Positions 14,832 to 28,195 of a stretch of DNA of 64,000 nt are shown here, in pieces. Origin of the DNA: Octopus sinensis. Lineage: Eukaryota. A model generated the notes under the pieces. It saw only the letters and a list, made by a program, of their open reading frames with translations, was not told where the DNA came from and did not search any database. Numbering within the stretch: position 1 is the stretch's first letter; the number at the start of each line of letters is the position of its first letter. A program made the translations under genes and the position numbers. Where the stretch lies: the NCBI RefSeq assembly GCF_006345805.1, contig NC_042998.1, positions 148,924,001-148,988,000 of the forward strand, written 5' to 3'.

Positions 14832-15230
14832 GGAGGCAGCGAACTAGCAGAATCGTTAGCACGCCGGGCAAAATTCTTAGCGGCATTTTGTTCAAATGCT
14901 ACTGAGGTCAACTTAGCCATTCATCTTTTTGGGGGTCAATGAAATAAAATACCATTTGTGCACTGGGATCAGTGAAATCGATTATCCCCTATCCCAAAAT
15001 TTCAGGCCTTGTGCCTATTAATAGAAAAGGTTAGTATTAATATAAAAGCACCGGACAAAATGTTGAGTCTCATTTCTTTCGACTTTACGTTTTGACTTCA
15101 AATTCCATTGAGGTCAACTACATCTTTCATCCTTTTGAGGTTGATAAAAATAAGTACCAGCCGAGTAGTGGAGTCGATGTAATTCCTCGCATCCGCCAAA
15201 ATTTCAGGCCTTGTACATATAGTAGAAAGA
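14590..15230 (+). mobile_element. Three tandem SINE family A copies, partly flanked by (CAT)n
   Basis: The GGCGGTGAGCTGGCAGAATCG...GAGTTCAAATT...GGGGTCGATAAAATAAGTACCAG pattern recurs at about 14590, 14830 and 15045. Confidence 0.85.
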
Positions 15231-15919
15231 ATTAACCTTCTAATAAGCGTCGTGTTTATCGATGTTGTTGTTATTATCGTTGAAGGTTGTGGTGACGATG
15301 TCGGTTGTGTTGCCGCTGCTGATGTTGTCTGTGTTGCTTTTGTTTGCCATAAACAAACATCAGAGCTTCCGATAGAATCGGTTTCTTGCTGCGTTGAAAA
15401 AAAAATGTATGGGGAGGGTAAGTTATTATTAGACCTTGGGAATATTGGGTTATTCCACCCCGAACCAACCCCTTGTGTCTTATGGTGGAAATAATATGAA
15501 ATTAATCCTTGAGCACTTTTTGGTTAAAGTGACTTAGGTTTGTTATGAGCTTTGGGTCTAATAGCAGCCGGGTCTAATAAAGCCGGACCATAACACGGTT
15601 TTCATGGTATATAAGTGACTGGGTTTACGGCACCCTCTCACTGAACGGGACACCAGCCCGTCGCGTGGTTAAATTCCAAGCCATTGTTGGAAGTTATCTG
15701 AGTGAACTGGGAGCAATGTGAAATGAAAAGTGTTGCTCAAGAACATAACAGAACACAGTATCCGACCCGGGAATTGAAATGATTATCTAATGACTGTGAA
15801 TGCCACGCCCTAAATTCTAAACTACACGCCTTAAAAGAAAGGCAAAAAGCAGGTGTCCAAGATGCATAGGGAGGATCTTACATTCCCTCAGACGTCGAAC
15901 AATATACGAGTGCTCATTT

Positions 15920-16131
15920 AGGCGGCGGGCTCGCACAAACATTAGCACGCCGGGCGAAATGATTAGCAGTATTTCGCCTGTCTTTACGTTCTGAGTTCAA
16001 ATTCCACCGATATCGACTTTGCTTTTCATCCTTTCGGGGTCGATAAATTAAATACCAGTTGCGTACTGGGTCGATCTAATCGACTGGTCCCCTCCCCAAA
16101 AATTTCTGGCCTTGTGCCTAGAGTAGAAAAG
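15920..16131 (+). mobile_element. SINE family A with 19-bp target-site duplication
   Basis: Flanked by AATATACGAGTGCTCATTT (15901-15919) and AATATACGAGTGTTCATGT (16132-16150). Confidence 0.9.
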
Positions 16132-16749
16132 AATATACGAGTGTTCATGTCAAAGCTGTGTCTCAAATGGATTTATTGAACGACTGGGAAGAAAACTACG
16201 TGGACTACATATTGAATGAAGAGAACCAGGAGCTGAGAGCCATCATACACGTAGGCTGTCCTGACTTAGAAGCTGGTTTATCAACAATGGAAGTGAGGTT
16301 TTATCTCAATTATTGGATTAGAATGTAGTCGTACCTTTACACACTGATATGCACGCATACATACATACATACATGCATACATGCATACATACATACATAC
16401 ATACATACATACATACATACATACATACATACATACATACATACATACATACGTACCCTGTTGTAGATGATGAAATTCCAATGAAGGAAACTTGGATCTA
16501 GGTTAGTAACTGGTTCTTTCTCTATTGGCAAGAAATCTTAAAATAAACTGATAATGAAATACATACGTACATACATATATACGTATATATACAGTATACA
16601 TACATACATACATACATACATACATACATACATACATACATACATACATACATACATGCATACATACATACATACATACATACATACATACATACACACA
16701 TATATACTCTGTGCTGTTTATACTTTCTGTAAACCCCTTGTCATTCATG

Positions 16750-18280
16750 TTAAAGAAGTCTGAAGGATATCTCACTGATTCACAAGGAAACAGAAATACC
16801 AAGATTACACTGTTTCTTTGTGGATGACCTGAAACTTTATGCAAAGAATATGCATGGGATTAAAAAAGAACCTTGACCTAGTTACAACATTCTCAAAGGA
16901 AGTAGGGTTCGAGTTTGGTCAGGATAAATATTATATGGTTGTGGCAAGGGGGAAAAACTGTAAACCAGACTTGACTGTTTTCCCTATATCGTACAAGGAA
17001 TGTTACAGGTATCTAGGGGTGGATAAAAACATATCTTATAATGGCATCTGTAGCAAAACACATGTCACCAAATAATATCACAGCCGAATAGAGAAAATTT
17101 AGTCTTCAGAACTCAATACTTTCAATAAAATAGTGGCCCACAGTGTGTTTGCAGTGCCAGTTCTCGTACCAACATTTGGGCTGCTTGATTAGACGCTTGA
17201 TAAGATCCGAGCCATTGATGTGAGAACCCGAAAAATACTAACACATAAACAGTAAACTTAGATCACCTCTACCAGAGGCTTAACATCGATCCAAAATACC
17301 TTTGCATGTCGCATCATATCACTTCGGCAACTTCCTTTAACCACCAAGCGTCGAATTGCATCCCTCGACCCAGTTTGCATACATGAAGCTGATAACATCA
17401 TAAGACTTGGAAGACAGCTCCTTGAGTAACATTCCTTGTCTGATAATCTTAAATACATGCCCAAAGAAGTCGCACAACTCTACCAAAACGTATCATAAAA
17501 TGAAAGGATGAGCATATATGAGCAGAAGACTATGCATGGATATGTTAATAGAAAGCTCTGAGATGATAGTAACATTCATCCTCAAAGCAGTCTATCATGA
17601 ACCAATAGCCGGATTACTACCTCTCACTTTGAAGGGTATGCGTTTCTAGGATCAGAAAATATCAACCAAATTCCTGATGCACAAAAGGGATAGAGATGCA
17701 GGAAAAGCAGTGAAATGTGACAACTGCTGCAGACTTAGTGGAGTTCACACTGAAGATATTACCCACATCGTAAGCAATTCTCCGAAAATGTCATCATGGT
17801 ATTATCTACCGATGAGACATGATGTTGTAGCAAGGATACTCTATAATGAAATCCGTCGGATGGGTAATCCCGAGGACAAAGAAATAAAAAGCCACAGTAT
17901 GAAGCCCCATGACCACTCAGAATAAAAAGGAATACTGGTGGAATGTCCCAGTGAAAGCACAACAAACTTGATATAATGATTTGGGATGGAGAAGAGAAAC
18001 TGTTGTGGAAATTAGCTACCCAGCGGATGTTAAGTTGAAGATCATTGAAAAAGAGAATACCTACGTTGAACTACTGAGAAATCTGCAGTTACTCTATCCA
18101 AATTACAAGTTTAGTTTTATACGTGTAATTAGATGAGCCCTAGGATAAGTAATACACTGACTAAATACCAATCTTGAGAAATTAGGCTTCTCAAAATAGA
18201 AAGGAGAAAGCTAATTCGAAGACTACAGATCTAATCCATCACTGAAATTTAAAAAATCTGTAAAACTTTCCAGCAGTTTA
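16750..18280 (+). mobile_element. 5'-truncated, decayed R4/Dong-clade RLE non-LTR retrotransposon (RT C-terminus, zinc knuckle, restriction-like endonuclease)
   Basis: FVDDLKLYA at 16817-16843, YRYLG, SSELNTFNK, CCRL..EDITHIVS..RHDVVA knuckle, HNKLDIMIW..VEISYPAD..EK..Y..L..LQLLYP, ALG. Many stops and frameshifts. Confidence 0.85.
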
Positions 18281-19061
18281 TCATTATATATATGATCATG
18301 TCTAGATATGCAACAATATGCTTGAGAATACATGCATAAAACAAACCATACAAATCTGCATGTATACATATATACATACATACATACATACATACATACA
18401 TACATACATTGTTGTACAAACGTACATACACTCATACGTATATACATGCATATGGCAGGCTTCTCTTAGTTTCCGTCTACCAAATCTAGTCAACAGGCTT
18501 TGGTTGGCTCCAGGCTATAGAAGAACTTGGTCAAGGTGCCTATACACACCTGTGTTTGCGTATGTATGTATGTATGTATATATATATTCTTTTATATTCT
18601 TTTATCCTTTTATCTGATTGAGTCAAGCGGCCATGCTTGGGCATCGCCTTGAATACATTTATCGCCCCCGGTACTTACTACATTTTAAGCCTGGTACTTA
18701 TTCTATCCATCTCTTTCGCAAAACCGCAAAGTACGGACACGTAAACACATCAACACTGGTTGTTAAGGGGTAATGGGGTGGGGGTGGGAACAAATACAGA
18801 CACAAAAGCACACACGCACATGCATACTTATATATATATATATACAGAGAGAGAGAGCAATAAGAAAATGGAGGGGATGAATAGGTAGTATTCATCAAAT
18901 TTTAGACATATTATGTCACTTTATTTATTTATTTAATAAAATGACAATTACAACAATATACATACATACATGTATAACATAATAAGCTTTACATATATAA
19001 TATATAAAGATACCAGTAATTATCAAAATATATAACATACAGGAATAGAAATTAGGAAAAT

Positions 19062-19186
19062 ATCTTACAGCTGTTACAGCCAAGAGGCAAAAATACCTCA
19101 TTCTACCTTTATCCCTCCAGTAGACTGAAGTAATTTGTAGATGGAATTGAGGTACTTGGGTGTTTCTGTAGGCTTCATATATATAT

Positions 19187-19219
<33 letters not shown>

Positions 19220-20400
19220 TTTACGAATTCACCTGTCTATATAAATGTGGAGATGCTAGCGGACCGTTATATCGTTCGATGTCGCCTGATCGGGTTGATG
19301 TAATGGGTGAGTTTTTTTCCCTAGCATTTCTAGATTTATAGGAAATATTATGTTGACAAGGAAATGAACCTTCGGTTCTAATCTAGAAACGAATTCGTCC
19401 ATAAGTAATCCAATAGGCTGGGATTTCTCTTTACCATATACGGGTTACCACTTCTGTTTGTTTGCGGGGACTTTTTTACTAGTAGTAGAAATAGTGACCT
19501 ATCTGGCTGCTATTTCTAATATTTTCGGTATATGGTTTTGAGCAACTTGTTGCAATTAACCCTTTATTATAATTAATATAATCCTTACCAAATATGGTCT
19601 TTTCCATACCGAAAAAACTACTGGGTGAAATTTATTAATTTTATTAAATTAATTATATTTTACCCTTTATGTGTATTGAATATATATATATATATATATG
19701 CTAACTTTAATGACACTTTGGAAATTATTAGGAAGTAATATAATGTACTATTGACTATGTATATTTGCATCTAGGTACTAATATGTGTTGAAGAACTGAA
19801 GCATTGAATATGGAACGTATATATGTTTACTAATTTATATTATTTATTTACATTATTATGTATATGTATATTTTTATATGTATAGGAGTGTGAGTATATG
19901 CACTCATATGTATAAGTATATCTCCGAGGAGGCCTTATGATATTTTTGTAAATGTCTCATTTATATCTATATATTAACCTACCATAAAAGGCCAATATTG
20001 GTAAAATGAGACATACTTATCTACATGGCCGAAACAGCTGTAAGATGTAATCTAGACTTATATTTATATTTACTTATATGTATATTCTCTTTTTTATATA
20101 TATTCTACTTATTATACAACATCACTCTTTAATGTACACTTTTTTATGTACTTTCCTTTATGTACACTGATTTGTTCTGCTTTTTTATGTTTAACCCTAC
20201 AGTCTCTTATGTGATGGTTTAATAAAGTATGTGATTGAGTATTATCTGGTAATTGATATTTGATTTAGATGCATTTCTCCATTTTCTTATCTTGTATTAG
20301 TAATTTGTGGTAAATCATTTTACCTTTGCCCATATAATACAGTAAATGAATTGATTGCATCGCAATCCTTAACATTTATGTATTAACTTTGTTGGGTACT
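19062..20400. mobile_element. Cluster of Penelope-like element fragments
   Basis: GIY-YIG-like FYEFTCLYKCG at about 19221 (+). Split hammerhead motifs at 19062-19178 (-) and 19917-20049 (+). 19460-19680 is homologous to the 34690-34990 repeat. Confidence 0.5.
19917..20049 (+). ncRNA. Hammerhead-like motif with about 92-nt insertion in helix II
   Basis: TATATCT CCGAGGA GGCC [92 nt] GGCC GAAA CAGCTG TA AGATGTA. Helix I is 7 bp, helix III is the palindrome ACAGCTGT, and the core has U4C. Confidence 0.6.
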
Positions 20401-20466
20401 TCACTAGCAGTATATTGGATATATGTTATCCCATGGAGGGTTGCATTTACAACCCCTATCTCAATT

Positions 20467-20520
<54 letters not shown>

Positions 20521-20521
20521 T

Positions 20522-20775
20522 ACGACGGGCTGCTTTCAGTTTCCGTCTACCAAATCCACTCACAAGGCTTTGGTCGGCCCAAGGCTATAGTAGAAAACAT
20601 TTTCCCAATGTGCCATGCAGTGAGATAGAAGCCAGATCCATGTGGTATAAGCTTGCTTCCAAACTACATGTTTCTGAGTTCAACCCACTGCATGGCATCT
20701 TGGGTAAGCGTCTTCTATTCAGGTCTCGGGCCTTGCGAGTGGATTTGGTTAACGGAAACTGAAAGAAGCTCGTCG

Positions 20776-20776
<1 letters not shown>
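20522..20776. mobile_element. Head-to-head inverted pair of SINE family B halves
   Basis: Minus copy 20522-20650 and plus copy 20650-20776 join at the internal AAGCTT (20649-20654). Confidence 0.75.
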
Positions 20777-20809
<33 letters not shown>

Positions 20810-20869
20810 ATATATTTCTTTACTACCCACAAGGGGCCAAACACAGAGGGGACAAACAAGGACAGACAA

Positions 20870-20985
20870 ACGGATTAAGTCGATTACATCGACCCCAGTG
20901 CGTAACTGGTACTTAATTTATCGCCCCCGAAAGGATGAAAGGCAAAGTCGACCTCGGCGGACTTTGAACTCAGAACGTAACGGCA
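20870..20985 (-). mobile_element. SINE family A
   Basis: Closely similar to 1-110 of this window. Confidence 0.85.
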
Positions 20986-20987
20986 TG

Positions 20988-21037
<50 letters not shown>

Positions 21038-21073
21038 TATAGTTATATATATATATTTATGTGTGTGTATGTA

Positions 21074-21160
<87 letters not shown>

Positions 21161-21479
21161 TATATATATATATATATATATTGTGTGTGTGTGTGCGTGT
21201 GTGTGTGTATGTGGTGTGTGTGTGCTGGCGCATTGGTTGATAGTATTTATTCTTTCGTTTTTTTTCTTTTTTGTCAAACCGCTAGAATACCGTAACGAAA
21301 ACAAACCAACACCGTTTGTCAAGTGGTAGCGACGGCGGCAGAGGTGGAGGTTAAACACATTTATTTTATTTTATTTTATTTTATTTTATCTGAACTGTTT
21401 TCCTTGTTAATCCTTATCTTTCATTCTCTATATGCGGCTGTTGATACAATTTTGTTCTTGTTGTTGATGATGAGGACGA

Positions 21480-21664
21480 GAAGGATGAAGGGGAGGGAAG
21501 AGGAGGGGGAAAAAGAGGATGGTGATGGTGGCGGTAACGATATTGACAATTATAAAAGTGATATTGATGCTGATGATCATGGAGCGGAGGCCAAGGAAGT
21601 GGATAACAATGATAATGCTCACGGTGGTGGCGTTGATGATGGTGATGTTGTTGATAATGATGAC

Positions 21665-21697
<33 letters not shown>

Positions 21698-22560
21698 AAT
21701 GATGATGATGATGATGATGATGATAGTGGTTTTGGTGGTGGTGGTAGTGGCAACAATATTGATGATGATAAAAATGATAATAAAGAGTGATGATGATGAT
21801 GATGATGACGACGGCGATGGTGATGATGATGATGGTGGTAGTGGTGGCGGTGGTGGTGATAATATTGATGCTGCAGCTTGCTGCTGATGATGATGATGGC
21901 AACGACAACGACGACGATTGTGGTGGTGGTAGGGATATTGCGGTTTTTGTTTTAATTTTATGTGTATTTTTTTATCATTATTCTCACTTTTACTTTATAG
22001 TTGTTGTGTTGTTTTGATACAGGTTTTGCTCAAATTTTTTTGTTTTTTGTCGTTATTGTCATTGTTTTTTTTATTGTTATTGTTTATTTTTCTCATCTCG
22101 TTAATAACTACCGCTTTTACCCGCCCACCTCACCTCCACTCAATGATACAGTTGTTGTTGCTGTTGTTTTTTGCTGCCCTATCGATCATGGTGATAATGG
22201 TGATGATGATGGTGATGATAACGATGACGACGAAACTGGTGACAGTGGTAGTGGCAATGAATATGATGCTGCTGCTGCTGCTGATGATGATGATGATGAT
22301 TATGATGATTATGATGATGAGTATGGTGACGATGAAGATGGTGACGACGACGACGACGACGATGATGATCATGTTGATGATGATGATGTTCATGTTCATG
22401 ATGATGCTGATGCTGATGACTATGTTGACAATGGCGATGAGGATGGTGACGACGACGATGATGATAATGACCATGGTGATGATAACTATGATGGCAATGA
22501 TGATGATGGTAATGACGATGATGATGATATTTACAATGTTGTTGTTATTCATATTTTTAC
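21480..22560. repeat. Degenerate (GAT/GAC/GGT)n trinucleotide field
   Basis: Imperfect GAT runs give poly-D, poly-M, poly-I and poly-H ORFs in several frames. Confidence 0.9.
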
Positions 22561-23831
22561 TGTTTGTGTTTACTGTCGCCCTTACATTTTTTTCCTTTAG
22601 TCTTCTTGTACATTTTTTGCTCCTCTTTTCTTTTTTTTCTTCTGTCATTCTTTTATCTTCCTATAACAAAATAATCAATAAATCGATAATTTCATTTCAT
22701 TTATTTATTTTACATCTTTGTAGATTGCTTTTTATACGATTCTCACTCACATCATCTCCCCCCCCTCTCTCTCTCTCTATATATATATATATGTATATAT
22801 ATATATAATACACGCATACATACATACCCTGATTTTACTCTTTTTGTTTCTATCTTTCACTGATATGCACATTCTTTCTCACCCTCCCTCTCTCTTTCTG
22901 TGTATGCATACACACACTCACATATATATGTATGTATATACATGAATATGTATGTATACACATGCATATATATTCCTATATATATAGATATAACTAAATA
23001 TATATTTATGCCTCTACATACATACATATATACATACATATTCATACATATACATACATACATATATACATACGTATTCATGCATATACATACATACATA
23101 TATACACACGTATTCATACATATACGTACATACATACATACATACATACATACATACATACATACATACATACATACATACACATACATGTATATATATA
23201 TATGTACATACATACATACATCCATACATACATATTTACATATACATGTGTGTGTATGTGCGTATGTGTGTGTGTGTACAGATCGACAGCAACACACGCA
23301 AACATATATGCACACCACTCTGTTTCCAGCTAACCAATCCCGTGCCGATTTCTTTATCTCCCACTACTCCCCCTATAACAGTGTGTCTTTCATATTCCTT
23401 CCCTAAGGACCAACCAGTATGGATCCGGAAGGGACATGGAAGTAAAGCACCGAGAAGATCAATAAACCGGATCGATATTGATGATTAGATTGTTAAAATT
23501 TTTGCTGCTCCTTAACATGGAATGTGTACGTTCGTGTGGCCGTGTCTGTGTGGAATTGTATTAACGGCATATTATGTGACTGGATGTGTGTTCATGAGTG
23601 TGTGTGTGTGTGTGTGTGTGTGTACTCGTGACAGGGTAAGCCATATATACACATGGATTCACGCGGTTATCTAAAAATGCATATAAGTGTGTGTATGTAT
23701 GCAAATATACATATTCGTACGTAGTCCTCCACCCTCATATGCATACTTACACACACAGATATACTCACCTAACAAGCTTACACACATATTTATATGAATA
23801 TATTTATGCATGCTGTGTATATATGTATATA

Positions 23832-23882
<51 letters not shown>

Positions 23883-24056
23883 GCTGCGATATATAGATTG
23901 AATGCAAATATCGATATTATGATGTATATACATGTATGTTTATATATATATATATGTTTATATATATTTATAAATGTATGTATATACGTGTGTATGTATA
24001 TATATGTTTATATATACATATATTCATATATATATATATACGACATACATATATTC

Positions 24057-24089
<33 letters not shown>

Positions 24090-24720
24090 ATCTATATATA
24101 TTATATATATATATAGATATATGTATATTATATTGGAAGTGTTCAAGTGCCGCATAGGTTGTGTACTTATATAAACAACAATTCTGGTAAGACCACCCGT
24201 AGTTGTGTAATATAGGATTACGAATCTCTAAGCAGAAATCAAAATCTATAAAACCAACACAAACAACCCTATGTAGATGCCATTGAAACAACATCATTAG
24301 AATCTCCATGGAAAGAAAATGTGCGTCAAAAGAAATAGACAGAGAGCAGATGTAGAATCGGATAGCGATCTGTGAAAGTGTTCTTCATGTTTACCGTGTA
24401 CACTTTTAATGCGTGATACAAACAACAAAGCCATTCGTTTACAGTCAGAAGGTGTTGAAATGTAATGTGTTTATCGAAATATATTTGGTTCCTAAAAGTT
24501 GGGAGATGGCAGCAACACATAATAAAATGTGGTGTTGCTGCAAAAACAAGAGACTCGATATCCACAGCCAATTACCAACATACAACTGGAAAACTTAAAA
24601 TTCTGAATTTATTTGGTCATATCTTAAACAGGAGAGAAGAATCCTTGCGCGTCAAAGCTAAGAAATGGAAACTTCGAGGCTTTAAGCATTTCTTTTTAAT
24701 GAAGTTTGAACTGTAGACTG

Positions 24721-24781
24721 GTTTCCATAGAACTTCAGTGGTGGGTCTGATGGTAACCCACCACTGAAGTTCTATGGAAAC
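24721..24781. repeat. Perfect 26-bp inverted repeat with 9-nt loop
   Basis: GTTTCCATAGAACTTCAGTGGTGGGT-CTGATGGTA-ACCCACCACTGAAGTTCTATGGAAAC. Confidence 0.95.
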
Positions 24782-25082
24782 ATAATGTGAACTACTGCCT
24801 AAAATTACCCTTCCTGTAAAAACTCCTACTGAGAACGACTATATTCACCTACCCACCAATGGATGAAATAACATGGATCTTATAATATATTACGGGAAGT
24901 CTGTATCTTATTTCCCCTTGCTATGCCCAAATCATTAAACTATGATGTACTTCACGTGTATTCTCGTACTTGTTCTTATTCTTACTCTTATTCTTTTTCT
25001 ACTCTATTTCAAAAAGACAAACACACTGTAGCAATTATTAACTGATTTTTATATGTGTTATCCCACCCCAACCACTTAGACC

Positions 25083-25203
25083 CTCTGAAGAAGCCTAGGG
25101 GTACATTCATTATCCGAGCCTTATCTGCTCATCCTTGCATAACACTGAAGAGATTGAGATTACCTGGAAGATTTCGTTGCCTCTTGGCAGAAACGGCCGT
25201 AAG
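25083..25203 (+). ncRNA. Hammerhead-like motif with 90-nt insertion in helix II, canonical core
   Basis: CT CTGAAGA A GCC [90 nt] GGC A GAAA CGGCCG TA AG. Helix III is the palindrome ACGGCCGT. Helix I is only 2 bp. Confidence 0.5.
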
Positions 25204-25625
25204 CAACTAGCACCCGCATACACATTCGGTTTTAGTGACAATCTGCTCATTTGCTCATTTGCTCAATTACTCACTTGTTACTATATGCTTATATGCTTCC
25301 ACACCTTTGTTTATGCAATTACCAACTTTTTGTATTTAATTATCTGTACCACTAATACATGTGTGAATTCATCCAATACATTTGAATAAATAGATATACT
25401 GGAATGTTTACTTTTGTCTGTCGATTTTTATATCCTCTCCATTTTCTTATTTGTCGTATAAATCAAGGGTAAACCACTTTTTACCCCCACCCATATGTAA
25501 TACTCAATTGCGAGATTGCCATGCAATAACTAGCACTTGGGTATGAATAATTGGGTACACTACCAGCAGTATATTGGAGAGTTACTATCCCTTAGTTGGT
25601 TTCTCAACCTCTAACGCACACAGAA

Positions 25626-25663
<38 letters not shown>

Positions 25664-26523
25664 TGTGAGTGTGTAGATGTATATATATATATATATATAT
25701 AATATATAGTATATATATATTATATACATACATATATGTATATGTATATATATAAATGTATATAAATACATACAAATATATATATATATATATAATTATA
25801 TATATATATATTATATATATACACGTATGTGTGCATATATATTTACATATCTATATGTGTATGTATGTATATATGTATGTTTTATATGCATGTATGTATA
25901 CTGAATTATTGATTAATATTTAGACGCAAATAATATTTTTAAAACAGAAGGTCTAAATCTAAAACAGAAATACATTTACATACAATATGCTTCTATATAC
26001 ATCTGCATACATATTTCTGAAAACATTTATAGCTATGTATATTTACATACTTCTAGTTCTTCATATACTTGCCTACACCTATTTCCATTTATTCTGCTTA
26101 CATATAAAATGTCTACATACATCTGCTTTTTATTCTGAAAATATGGAAACAAATGTAACGTCAGCGTCAGCAAGAAATAAACCGTAACAGGCATATTACT
26201 CAATAAATATTGTACAAATCTGAAATGGAAATGTATGAAGAAACATCGACAATAAACCACTATAAAATATATGTAACAATATGGCGGTAACTCACCCCTA
26301 TGAACGAATAACAAAGGATATTATGAAGCAGAGAGAATAAATGTTGAAAGTTACAAACATCTTAATACCTTCCCATGGAAGGGGAAATAGTTTGTGTAAA
26401 ATAAAATAGATGCGGGAATAAGAGCACAATACATCATATATGTATGTGTGTATGTATATTATATTATATATATATATTATATATATATAATATATATATA
26501 TATACCAGCAAAACAGCAATAGC

Positions 26524-26580
<57 letters not shown>

Positions 26581-26716
26581 CACGATGTCGCGCACATATG
26601 GTTGTGATGCATGTGCCTGGTGTGCCCTTATCAGACGGGTAGTCATGATGGGTATATTGGGCTTCGTATATTTTACCCCAGTGTCACTTTGATGGCATGA
26701 ACTGCTCTCTCACACA
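26581..26716 (+). mobile_element. 3' fragment of the (AAT)n-associated repeat also at 54884-56012
   Basis: CACATATGGTTGTGATGCATG...GTAGTCATGATGGGTATA...CTGCTCTCTCAC, flanked by (AAT)n on both sides. Confidence 0.75.
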
Positions 26717-26869
26717 ATAATAATAATAATAATAGGAAGAAGAAGAGTGATGATGATGATGATGACGATGATGATGAATTGGAGGAAGATGATGATAATA
26801 ATGATGCTGATGATGATGAAGACAATGACGACGACGACGATGATGACGGCTATAATAATAGTAATAATA

Positions 26870-27050
26870 TATCATTTCTACTACAGGTACAAGGCCTGAA
26901 ATCTCGATTACGTCGACCCCAGTGCTCCACTGGTATTTAATTGACTCCGAAAAGACGGAAAGCAAATTCGGACCCGGCGGGATTTGAACTCGGAACTTAA
27001 AGAATCGGATGCAAAATCGTTAACCATCTTGCCTAACGATCTGTCGATTT
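26870..27050 (-). mobile_element. SINE family A (diverged)
   Basis: CAAGGCCTGAAAT...CGACCCCAGTG...GGATTTGAACTC motifs. Confidence 0.7.
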
Positions 27051-28095
27051 TACCACTTAGAAACAACAACAATAGCAGCAACAAACCAACAACAACAACA
27101 GTAATTTACTGAAATACATTGCAGGTGCCCAGGTTTTAAGAAATGAAGACTTCACTGCAATAAATACTTCCAACTACATCTTTCCTACGGTTGTTATACT
27201 TATCGCCGGGTTCAGAGGGTTTACGCTACAAGCTGGAAAAGCAGCTTAGACCCTGCTACTTCTCTGAATTCAAGAACTGAACATTTCGGAACATGCCCAC
27301 ACGTGGCCAAATATTTGTTACGTTTTTGGTCCTCCTGAGAGTACAGATAGAACTTCCTTTCTATATTGTGTCCACGTATAAGCATTTTATCTCTTTATAC
27401 CTTTTACTTATATTTCTTATATATTTTTATTTATATATTTAAATTTTTTTTTTTAATATATTTTTTACATATTTATAGAGATATTGGTTTACAGGTTTAT
27501 TGCTTATATATTTTTTACACATTTTCCTGCATTTTTGCCTTTAGCCCTTTTTTTTCTTGTATATATGCGCATATAGACGGATGTATGAACGTGTGGTGTG
27601 TGTGTGTGCATATACAGACGTGTGCGGCTATGCGCGTATATAGGCGTGTGTGTGCGTGCATACGGGTATGTGCGTATATAGACGTGTGTATGAACCTTTT
27701 TGGTGCGCGTATGTGTTGGGAGTTGTATATATATATATATATATATATAATTATACGTATATATATATATATATATATATATATCTATAATATATATATA
27801 TATATATATATATTGTGTGTGTGTGGTGGTGTGTGGTGTGTGTGTATGTAAAAAATATACAACTGGCACAAGAACGCAAAAACATTTAGAAGTCGATACA
27901 AAACACACGGACGGGACATTCGAAGCCTTCAATCTTCAGTCAAGAACCGGAACATCCTCGCAATTTCGGCTGATTAATCTTGAGATCGCTCCGATCCGGC
28001 CAGCCCCAAGGAAAAACAAAGCTACGAGCATTAGATTTCTTGGAAAAAGGATCGAATGTATACGAAACAGGGACAGAAAAACGGACGATATATAT

Positions 28096-28195
28096 AGAAG
28101 AAGAAGAAGAAGAAGAAGAAGAAGAAGAAGAAGAAGAAGAAGAAAAGAAGAAGAAGAAGAAGAAGAAGAAGAAGAAGAAGAAGAAGAAGAAGAAA
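28096..28195 (+). repeat. (GAA)n microsatellite
   Basis: About 33 GAA units; source of the poly-E, poly-K and poly-R ORFs. Confidence 0.95.

Noticed and set aside
22001-22600. 199-aa Asp-rich ORF resembling an acidic biomineralisation protein
   Set aside because: It lies in a (GAT)n field where overlapping frames on both strands are also open. There is no credible signal peptide or splice context.
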